Shown one piece after another: positions 51,262-61,179 of a DNA stretch of 64,000 nt. The stretch lies in NCBI GenBank assembly GCA_035221665.1, contig JAVHYY010000238.1, positions 1 through 64,000 on the forward strand. The letters are read 5' to 3'. The position numbers and the translations under genes are program-made. This DNA comes from Okamejei kenojei (lineage: Eukaryota). How positions within the stretch are numbered: position 1 is the stretch's first letter; every line of letters starts with the position of its first letter. Under the pieces are notes generated by a model. It ran no database searches and was not told the DNA's origin. It was given only the letters and a program-made list of their open reading frames with translations.

Positions 51262-51581
51262 GGTTTCAAAACGCAAAAGCCGCCTTTGATTTCAAAACGC
51301 AAAAGCCGCCTTTGGTTTCAAAATGCTAAAGCTGCCTTTGGTTTCAAAACGCTCAAGCTGCCTTTGGTTTCAAAATGCTAAAGCTGCCTTTGGATTGAAA
51401 ACGCTAAAGTTGCCTAAGGTTTGAAAACGCTAAAGCTGCCTTTGGTTTCAAAACTCTAAAGCCGCCTTTGGTTAGAAAACGCTAAAGCCGCATTTGGTAT
51501 GAAAACAGCAAACCCGCCTTTGGTTTGAAAATGCTAAAGCCGCCTTTGGTTTGAAAACGCTAAAGCCGCCTTTGGTTTGAA
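51262..51581. repeat. 26-bp minisatellite (~12 units)
   Basis: GGTTT(C/G)AAAACGCTAAAGCCGCCTTT. Confidence 0.92.
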
Positions 51582-51589
51582 ATTGTCTC

Positions 51590-52136
51590 CTTAACTATGG
51601 CTTGATAACGGCAAAAAAACAAACTCAAATTCTGGAAAAATGCTTAAAATGTGGATTTCAAACATGTCTGAAATGTTACATCTCGAAGATATGAGATTTA
51701 TCCTAGCAGGTAAATCAGACCAATTCTTAAAGATTTGGTCTCCTTTTATCGACTTATTACAAGTATATGGTGCCACATAACCCTGGAAATTAACTGTTTC
51801 AGAACTGGGTGAGGGGTGTGGAAAGATACAAAGCAAGTATATCCCTTTTCCCTTTTTTTTTCTGTTTTGTTTTCTTTTTTTTTTAACTTTTTATTTATTT
51901 TGTTCTTTTTTTTCTCTTTCTTTATATCTTTATGGGTTCTTTCTCTCTATTCTTTCACAAACTATCAATATCACCACTATTTTACTTAATTTTCTCTTTC
52001 CCTCTTTTGCTTTTGTTACGTTTCTATTATTAAATTTAAAACAAGAAGTTGTACATGAAATGTATTATGTTATACATGATTTATACTACTGTACATTGCT
52101 TCTAATAAAAATATTAATAAAAACAAAAAAAAAAGA
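51590..52136 (+). mobile_element. L1-type LINE 3' end with poly(A)
   Basis: KMWISNMSEMLHLEDMRF..QFLKIWSPFIDLL, T-rich UTR, AATAAA and A-tail. Confidence 0.75.
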
Positions 52137-53131
52137 AAGCCCGTGCGGTCACGGGGAGAACGTACCAACTCCATACAGACAGCGCCCGTGGTCGGGATGG
52201 AACCCGGGTCTCTGGCACTGTAAGGCAGCAACTCTACCGCTGTGCAACCGTTTACAGAAATATACACGGCAGAGCTTCGTTTCAGAGCACTGTTCCCTCC
52301 TGCTCACCATTGCCCTGGGTTCCTGGGATCTGATGATGGGGCAGAGCATTTTGTGGGCAGCAATCAACAAAAATGGGCATCATCAGTAGGGATGGGAGAG
52401 CACCCACACACACAGCAAGTCTCTGGATACAGCATGTGGCAGGCCAATTGTCTGATTAATAGAACGATCATAAACTGTGATGTGGAGAGGATGTTTCCAC
52501 TAGTGGGAGAGTCTAGGACCCGAGGTCATAGACTTGGAATTAAAAGAATTTCCTTTAGGAAGGAAATAAGGTGGTATTTCTACAGTCAGATGGGGATGAA
52601 TTTGTGGAATTCATTGCCACAGAAGGCTGTGGGTGCGTGAATGGATATTTTTAAGGCAGAGATAGGTAGATTCTTGATTAGTACGGGTGTCAGGAGTTAT
52701 GGGGAGGAAATGGGGTTCGGAAAAAGAGATAGATCAGCCATGATTGAATGGCGAAGTAGACTTGATGGGCCGAATGCCTAATTCTTCCGCAATCACTTTT
52801 GAACTAATGAAACTAGGGTACTGTCCAATTCACCTTCACCCCATTGAGCACATTGGACAGTCTCTTGAACTGCAGCACTACAATGCTGAGAACTATATTC
52901 TGCACTCTGTATCTTCCCCTTTGCTCTGCCTATTGAACTTGATTTGGCTTGATTGTATTGATGAATATTTTTTATCTGATTTGATTGGATAGCTTACAAA
53001 ACAAAGCTTTTCACTGTACGCCAGCACATGTAACAATACTAAAGCGAAACCTGAGGTACAGAAAAGATTCAGGCGCCTTGGCCCATCGAGTCCATGCTGA
53101 CCATCAATCTCCCTTTCATACTAGTTCTATG

Positions 53132-54185
53132 TAGCAATGTTACAAAATTTTGAGATTTAAAAAATCAAGTCTGCAATTTATCCCATCAGATAAAGCATAA
53201 AAATAAGTTTAATTTGACACTTAATTCACTTTCATATTTTCAGTATTAAAAAAAAATATGGCCATTTTCATACTCGGAAATTAGCATCTTGTTCCCAATT
53301 GCTTTTCCATTGACTTAACTCAAAAGTAATGATCGAGGACAGTCAAAAGCCCATAACTTTCTTAAAAATTAAGAGAACTGAAAGACATTTTCAGTTATTA
53401 TAGATTGAAGCAAATATGAAACAATCTTACTTGAATGACCTGAAATTAAAGCATTGTAATCAGTTAGTTACCCAATTGTAGCTAATTACAAAATTCAATT
53501 ACTAGATCTAAACATCTATCCATTTCTTAAGAAAATATTAACATTTTTTTAAAAGCCTAAGTGTCCAAATAACATTCACACAAGAATTCACAATATAACA
53601 TGATTTTAAAATCTCATTGTTATTTATTCATAGGCCAAATTGAAAGAATTTAGTGTTTAATGCCCGTAAATTAATGGCCATTTAAATCAGCTTGCGAGTG
53701 GGATTTTATGGAACGCGATGGATTGGAACGTTGCGGTTGCGGTGAATTTAAACCCCATATCGGCAGGAAAAATACTGCTGGTTCGTATAGGGGAATAAAT
53801 CACCGTTTCGCAACATGAAATGTTGATTAAGGTCATCCAAACAAGCAAGTTTATATGTAAAAATAAACTGATTTCCTTTACCTGTCCCCTACATAAAATC
53901 CGTCCCCATTGTCAGCGTTCACGGCATTAGAAGCTAATTTTTATTTTACTCCAGCGCTGAAGTAGTCGGACGATTAAAAAAAAAAAAAATTCACAGACCA
54001 ACAGACGGAACGAATCTTCAGAAAAAGCTCACACTCCGAGAAAATACAATTCCGGAAGGCATTGGAAAACCGCATTTTAACCTCGCCCCCCCCCCCCCCC
54101 CCCCCCCCTCAAAGGCACCAAAGTCGCGCACACGGCCAGTGACAGAACTGCAGAGCTGCTGTAGGTAAGTTTTATAACATATCTA
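53132..54185 (+). mobile_element. Non-autonomous hAT-like DNA transposon, copy A
   Basis: Imperfect TIRs TAGCAATGTTACAAAA / TTTTATAACATATCTA; TTCTATG duplicated at 53125-53131 and 54186-54192. Superfamily tentative. Confidence 0.75.
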
Positions 54186-55094
54186 TTCTATGTTCATAAG
54201 TTCATATGTTCGAGGAGCAGAATTTCCATTCAGCCCATCATTTACTACACTGTTCAATCATGGCTGATTTATCTTTCCCCATCATCTCCATTCTCCCGCC
54301 TTCTCCCCATAACCCTAAAGCTACTTCATTTTCACATCCACTCCCTTACAATTTACAGAGGCCAATAAACGTACAAATCCGCACGTCTTTGGGACTAGTT
54401 ACAACTAGCTGTATCAAGTGTCTAACACATGGCTACCTGCACCCGCTGCGTGAACGGAAGATAGTCACAAATGCTTGAACAATGACCAATCCCCCTGCCC
54501 CTCGCTCTTCCCCCACTGGCCTGCAAACCCATTCCATTTTCATAATTTCTCCAGTTTCTTTGAGAGGTTCACCGGATCTGCTTCCTTCTCTGTTTCAGAG
54601 CAAATGTGACCAAAAACCAAGAAACCCAGAGGCAGCACTGGTTGTTTCCAATCACTTTAGAGTTTAGGTACAGCGCGGAAACAAGCCTTCGACCCACCGA
54701 GTCCACACCGACCAGCAATCCCTGCACATTAACTCTACCCTACACACACTTGGGACAATTTTATATTTATACAAAGCCAATTAACCAACAAGCCTGTATG
54801 TCTTTGGAGCTTGGGAGGAAACAAAAGATCTCGGAGAAAACCTTCGAGGAGAATATACAAACTCTGTAAATACAGCACCTGTAGTCGGGATCGAACTCTG
54901 GTCTCTGACGCTGCAAGCGCTGTAAGGCAGCAACTCTATACTGAGCCATCGTGCCACCCTTTTAAACCTGCACCGTCAACACTGTGACCTTGTCGTCCTT
55001 ACTCACACCTTCTCCTCACTCACTATCCTTTGTGATTTTACACGTCTCCCCCAACCCCTTCTGCTCACCCCCACCGGCCTGCCCATGTGGCTTG

Positions 55095-55420
55095 TGTAGG
55101 AAGGAACTGCAGATGCTGGTTTACACCAAAGATGGACACAAAATGCTGGATAAACTCAGCGGGACAGGCAGCAACGCTGGAGCAAAGGAAAGGGTGACGT
55201 TTCCTGTCGAGATTCTTCTTCAGACTGATGTCAGGGGATTGGGAGATATCCTTATCTATACACTTATAGATGTCCTTGTCTTTACACTCCCTTATCTATG
55301 TACCTCCCACTCCCCTGATATCTGTCTGAAGAAGCATCTAGACCAGAAACGTCACCCATTCCTTCTCTTCAGAGATGCTGCCTGTCCTGTTGAGTTACTC
55401 CAGCATTTTGTGTCTATCTA
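55095..55420. mobile_element. Inverted pLTR pair (Penelope derivative)
   Basis: GACACAAAATGCTGGA..CTTCTTCAGAC and GTCTGAAGAAG..TCCAGCATTTTGTGTC arms. Confidence 0.75.
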
Positions 55421-56179
55421 AGACAATAATGTCGACAGGTCTGGAGCCATGGGAGGGAGAGGATGAGGCTGCTGCCTAGTCCTTGCCCCAGGTCCCGCTC
55501 CTCTCCCTCCCCTCGGGCCCGGAGCAGCAGCGCCCGGACCCCACACCGGCTCGAACCCCAGCCCAGGAGCCGAGCTCATGGCCCAGTCCGTCCACTCCCC
55601 AGCGACCAAAGCCCGGGCCCGGCTACAGCCCCGAGGCTCGGCCCACACCAGGCATCTTCACCTTCCCTCTTCTTTCCCCTCTCCTCCTCCCTCAATCACC
55701 TCTCCCTCCCTCAGTCACTCCCTTCCTCCCTCCATAACCCCTCTCCCTGCCTGCTCCCCCACTCCTCACCTCTACCCTATCCCACCCCACCCCACACGAT
55801 GTTTAATGTCAATGAGATTCAGATTCCCTGTATGACGTTATTGTGAATGAAAACAGAAGAATTTGAATGAAACAGATTTTGTTTTAAATTTTATGTCAAT
55901 GAGATTCGGGATTCCATCGTGATGTCATTAACAGACAGGGCAAGTGGAAGCGGCTTTAAAAGTCGTTTTTGTAAAGTTACAAATGTCAATAACGTGTACA
56001 ATACTTCTTGTGCGGTTAGTTCATTCAGCGGTGAAGCGCCCCTGGGCTCTGACAGCGCTGCCGTGGGTCAGTGTTTAAGGGGAGACAGTCAAGGGGCTGT
56101 CCCTGTCCGCAGGGCCCCCGGCGCCGGGTGGAGCGGTCACCTGTGCGGGGCCAGGGACCGACACGACAGACAGACTCAC

Positions 56180-56402
56180 CGAGTGATGGTCCCTGCGGAC
56201 ACATCGGACACGTACCGACGGGCTCCTGCCAGCCGCTGCTGCTGTCGAGGTGCAGAGAGTGCTGAGAGCGCTTGGAGGTGTTGCTGACATTGCTGATGTT
56301 GCTGATGTAGCTACTCAGACTGTTGACTGAACTGTTGGACGGCGAATGTTTGACACCAGGCACAGGTCCCAGCCTCTTGCTGTTTGACCTTTTCTTGTGC
56401 AA
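56180..56402 (-). CDS. SUN2-like Ser-rich nucleoplasmic exon LHKKRSNSKRLGPVPG..GPSL
   Basis: tttctag|..|gtgagt; open 223 nt; resembles recalled SUN2 LKRKSSNMKRLSP. Confidence 0.75.
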
Positions 56403-57193
56403 CTAGAAACGATAAAGGGCAATGATTTAGGACAGAGGCAGACCAGGACTGTGAAATAGAAGCAAAAAAGTAATGATGATAAAGGAAACTGGCCATTGTT
56501 AGCCATTTGCTAAGTGAAAATGAGAAGCTGTTGCGACTTGGTGGGGGAGGGATGGAGAGAGTCGCTTGTCAGAGCTGGGAAGGAGGGTGTGGGGGAGAAG
56601 ATTGTTTCACACGGGGAAGGAATATCATGACTCTCTCTCTCTCCTCAAGGAACTGCAGATGCTGGTTTCTAAAAAGTCACAAAGTGCTGGAGTAACTCAG
56701 TGGGTCAGGCAGCCCCTGCTCATGTTCCTTCCAACATCCCTCATGAGCACATCAAGCGAATGACTTCATCAACAACTTATTGGCACGGCAACCCTGCCCT
56801 TGGCCTATGGAAGATACCCTACATCCGATCACCCTCCACCTGAGATTCCAAGCAGGAAAGAAGAGGCTGATGGAATTCTCCTTGAGTTTTTGTCTAGAAC
56901 TTTTTCCTGTAGGGAAAGGTTCAGTTGGGGTTGGGGGGAGGGGGGGAAATGGAGAATGGGAGAGAGGGAGGGGAGGATTGGGAGGGAGGGAGGGGAGGAT
57001 TGGGAGTTGGGAGGCGGTGCTGGGGGAGGAGAGGGAGGGAGGGAGAATTGGAGTTGTGATACACAGCTCCCTGAGTGAGGTACAAGGGTGGAGGCTGCAT
57101 CTTTACTGTTAGAAAGAAGCATAGCTTAGAGAGGAAAGAACGAGAGGGAGGGGGAGGGGGGGAATGTGACAAGAGAGAGTTAGAGAGACGTAA

Positions 57194-57360
57194 CTGACGG
57201 GAATCTCCCTGTAAGAGGGAGCGCCAGATTTGGTGGAGCCGCCACTGCTGCTGGAGGCGTCGTCTTGGGTCTGGTAGTAGCCGTTGGTGGCCAGACAGGG
57301 ACTGCGACGGGACATCCGAACCGTAGCACCACCACCCTGAGCCCCAGCACTGCGAATCTT
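57194..57360 (-). CDS. SUN2-like first coding exon (ATG at 57315) MSRRSPCLATNGYYQTQDDASSSSGGSTKSGAPSYREIPV
   Basis: Resembles the recalled SUN2 N-terminus MSRRSQRL..DDDGSSSSGGS; acceptor tgcag|; donor reads AG|TTACGT. Confidence 0.8.
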
Positions 57361-58729
57361 CTGCATTAATTGTAAGCAAACAGAAAGACAGTGTGAGGGG
57401 CAGCCCTGCACTGGGCACTGGCACCTTGCCGGCTGGCCCAGAGAGGGAGGGGGCGGGGAGACACACTGCTGCCATCCTTCTCACCCTCCCTGCACATGGC
57501 AGGGCACATGGTATAGGGGGTAGAGTGCAGACGTGGATTAAAAATTGGTTGGCAGATAGGAAACAAAGAATAGGGATTAACGAACGGGTCCCTTTCAGAA
57601 TGGCCAGTCCACCACTGCACTTAAACAGAGGGTGACTCAGGAAGGAAGTTGAAATAAATGAAATCAGACAACTTGAAGAGAATAAAAAAACTTAACCATC
57701 ATTAGTAGAAACAAGGAACTGCAGATGCTGGTTTCTACCAAAGCGCTGGAGTAACTCAGGTCAGGAAGCATCTCTGCAGCAAAAGGTTGGGTAACGTTTC
57801 AGGTCAGGATCATTCTGCGAGCCATCATTCATTGATTTCAAATCAGGTGGGAGTAAAGCAAAACAAATTGCAGATTCTGGAAATCTGGCAAATCCAAAAC
57901 TGTGAAATAACTATTTGCCTGAGATGCTGTCCACACCATTGCGTTTGGTCTATATCCCTCCAAACTTTTCCCATCCATGTAGGTATGTTACAAAACTTAA
58001 CTTTAGCGGCGCTGCAGTTCTGTCACTGGCCATGTGCGCGCCTTTGAGGGGGGGGGGGTGGGGGGGGGGTTAAAATGCGGTTTTCCCCTGCCTTCCGGAA
58101 TTATATTTTCGCGGAGTGCAAGCTTTTTCTGAAGATTCGTTCCGACTGCCGGTATGTGAATTTTTTTTTTTTTAAATCGTCCGACTATTTCAGCGCTGCA
58201 GCAAAATAAAAATTAGCTTCTAATTCCGTGAATGCCGACAACGGGACAGATTTTACGTAGGGGACAGGTAAAGGAAATCCGTTTATTTTGATAGATAAAC
58301 TTGCTTGTTAAGATGACCTTAATCCAAATTTCATGTTGCGAAACGGTGATTTATTCCCCATACGAACCGGCAGTATTTTTCCTGCCGATATGGGGTTTAA
58401 ATTCACCGCAACCGCAACGTTCCAATCCATCGCGTTCCATAAAATCCCACACGCAAGCCGATTTAAATGGCCATTAATTTACGGGCATTAAACACTAAAT
58501 TCCTTCAATTTGGCCTATAAATTAATGACAATGAGATTTAAAAATCATGTTATATTGTGAATTCTTGTGTGAATGTTATTTGGTCACAGGCTTTTTAAAT
58601 TTTTTAAATATTTTCTTAAGAAATGGATAGATGTTTAGATCTAGTAATTGAATTTTGTAATTAGCTACAATTGGGTAACTAACTAATTATATGCTTTAAT
58701 TTCAGGTCATCCAAGTAAGATTGTTTCAT

Positions 58730-58827
58730 CTGGTCTGAAGAAGGGTCTCGACCCGAAACGTCGCCTATCTCCTTCGCTCCTTAGATGCTGCTGCATCCGC
58801 TGAGTTTCTCCAGCCTTTTGTGTACCA
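58730..58827 (+). mobile_element. 98-bp solo hammerhead-bearing Penelope unit with 13-bp TSD
   Basis: AAGATTGTTTCAT at 58717-58729 and 58828-58840; single copy at the homologous site in copy A (~53416-53428). Confidence 0.9.
58735..58762 (+). ncRNA. Minimal hammerhead ribozyme motif
   Basis: GGT-CTGAAGA-A-GGGTC-TC-GACCC-GAAACGTC-GCC; 3-bp stem I. Confidence 0.72.
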
Positions 58828-58907
58828 AAGATTGTTTCATATTTGTTTCAGAATGCTTCAATCTATAAAATTTCTTTCAGTTCTCTTAATTTTTAAGAAA
58901 GTTATGG

Positions 58908-59690
58908 GGGCGAGTGTGAGGGGGGGGGGGGGGGTGAGCGTGGGGGGGGGGGGGGTGAGTGTGAGGGGGGTGAGTGTGAGGGGGGGTGAGTGTGTGTGTG
59001 GGGGGATGTGTAGGAGGGGTGAGGGTGGAGTGTGTGTGGGGGGATGTGTAGTGGGGAGAAGGTGAGGGGGGTGAGGGTGAGGGGGGGGTGAGGGTGAGGG
59101 GTGTGAGTATGTGTGGGGGATGTGTAGGGGAGAGGGTGAGGGGGGGTGAGTGTGTGGGGGGTGAGTGTGAGGGGTGTGTGTGTGTGGGGGGGGCGTGTAG
59201 GGGGGGAGAGGGTGAGGAGTGTGAGGAGGGGGTGTGGGGGAGAGGGTGAGGGGGGGTGAGTGTGTGGGGGTGAGTGTGTGGGGGGTGAGTGTGAGGGTTG
59301 TGTGTGTGTGTGTGTGTATGTGGGGGGACGTGTAGGGGGGGAGAGGGTGAGGGAGTGTGAGGAGGGGTGTGGGAGAGGGTGAGGGGGGGTGAGTGTGTGG
59401 GGGTGGGTGTGTGGGGGGGATGTGTAGGGGGGGAGAGGGTGAGTGTGGGGGGGAGAGGGGGGGGAGAGGGTAGGCGAGGGGGAGGGGGGGGGGAGGGGAT
59501 GGTGCTGAGGGGAGGGGGAGAGAGTGAGGGGGGTGTGCGTGTGCGTGTGGGGGGACGTGTAGGGGGGGGGGGAGAGGGGTGAGGGGGTGTGAGTGCATGT
59601 GGGGGGATGTGAAGGGTGGTGAGGGTGGAGTGCATGTGGGGGGATGTGTAGGGGGGGGGGCGAGGTGAGGGGGTATATATGTGAGGGGGG
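58908..59690. repeat. G-rich low-complexity tract (GGGGTGAG/GTGT)
   Basis: Seen directly. Confidence 0.9.
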
Positions 59691-59699
59691 TAATTCTGC

Positions 59700-60430
59700 C
59701 TCAGCCCGCTACAGGGGGCCATTCCGGGTGCCGGGTGGGAACGGCGCCGGTTGACGGGTGAAGCCGGACTGGCCCCGTCACGTGCCGGGGGGGGGGGCAG
59801 CTGGGCGGCGGTTGGCGGTTGGCGGTTGGCGGTTGGGGGCGGGGCCGCTCTCTCCGCGCCGGAGACACTGGAGGATCTTCACTCGGCGCCGGGCCCGCGC
59901 GCGCGCGCTCACTGTGGGCCAGGGAGGGGCTGCAGATGCATCTCACACACACTCACTGTCTGCGAGGCTGCCGCCGCCTCAGCTGCAATGTTGCACCAGT
60001 GCCTCTGGACAGCAAAACCCGTCCCTCACGCTTGGTTGAGACAAAGATACAGGAGGATCTCCTCTAGTGTCTGTGGGCAGGAGGCCGCGGCGGCCGTGTG
60101 GCGGGCGGGCGGGCGGCTGAGGCACGAACGGGCCTCGCCTCGCCTCACCCGCCGCTGCAGGTTGGGACCGGCTCCACCCGCCGGGGCCGCGCCCGCCTTC
60201 CCTCCCTCCCTCGGCGGAGACTGGAAACTACCGGGGAATCGGTGGCGGCACCGACCGGCTGACGAACGGCCGAGGCTCCTCCACCCCGATGCTGGGCCGA
60301 GCGGACGGGCAGCGGCGGCCGGGGATCATCGACATCGGCGGCGGCGCCGGGAGTGAGTGAGTGTGGGGCAGAAGGACGTGTTGGGCCGGGCGGACGGGCA
60401 GCCGCCCAGGGAGGGCGGCGTTGGGGCTTT
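59700..60430 (-). promoter_or_regulatory. CpG island, probable promoter and 5' UTR exons of the SUN-like gene
   Basis: Dense CpG, GC boxes (GGGGCGGGG), minus-strand donors GTGAGG (~60148) and GTGAGT (~59956). Confidence 0.7.
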
Positions 60431-61179
60431 GCCCCCACCACCAAACCAAACTCTGGAAAAATAACAGCATATTGCATTTTATCTGTTTATTTATCGTGTA
60501 TATATATGGTCTATAGTATATAGACACACTGAACCTTTATCTCCTGTTCTGTATTATGTTTACATATTCTGTTGTGCTGCAGCAAGCAAGATTTTCATTG
60601 CCCTATCTGGGACGCATGACAAAACTCTCTTGACTCTTGACTTGGACTTAAGCAAAAAAGGGTTCTTGGGAAAAATAAAGCTACCTTAAATGTAGTTGCG
60701 TCTGGTTGGTACCTATGGTAGGGTGAAGACTATTCCATGTTTTAATAGTGCGGGGGAATTCCATGGAGCAGCCAGCATCTCTGGATAGAAAACATTGGGT
60801 GACCTATGGGGGAAAAAGGCCCTTCGGCCCACCGAGTCCACACCGACCACCGATCACCTGTACTCTAGTTCTATCCCACACATCATGTATTAATTACTGT
60901 GTATACATAATTAGTTAATCACTGAAGGCCTGTAGGTGAAACTTCCACACTCGAGTTGCACCACCAGTGGGTACGTAGCCTGTGGTCACCCTCAGTTCAT
61001 AGCATCCTTCCCACAGCTCACAGTCACCCAGCCCTGCGTCACCTGCAAATCTGCCAATGCCACCATCGCCATCACATTGCATCGGCATACTCGGTTTCGC
61101 GTAGATCTGATGGCTATCAATGTCCCAAGATAGGCGAACAATAGCGACATGTCCATCGCAAGATCTCTCTCGCATCGTG

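Larger units (their letters stand above)
39237..57360 (-). pseudogene. SUN2-like (SUN-domain inner nuclear membrane protein) gene, multiply disabled
   Basis: Ordered exons from N-terminal MSRRS..DDASSSSGGS..KKRSNSKRLGP through coiled coil to four SUN-region exons; splice, frameshift and insertion lesions; terminal exon not found. Symbol withheld because orthology is not established. Confidence 0.85.
57980..58907 (-). mobile_element. hAT-like DNA transposon, copy B (inverted, truncated)
   Basis: Reverse complement of ~53350-54185. Confidence 0.85.

Noticed and set aside
51262-51581. CRISPR-like 26-bp repeats with a GTTTCAAAAC-like motif
   Set aside because: Head-to-tail minisatellite without spacers.
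52308-52329. 22-nt SUN micro-exon (cag|ATCCCAGGAACCCAGGGCAATG|gtgagc) and a short block at ~49590-49632
   Set aside because: Phase-compatible but too short to support without homology or RNA data.
58820-59722. Pro/His-rich extensin-like ORFs (246-278 aa)
   Set aside because: Low-complexity C-rich strand lacking stop codons.
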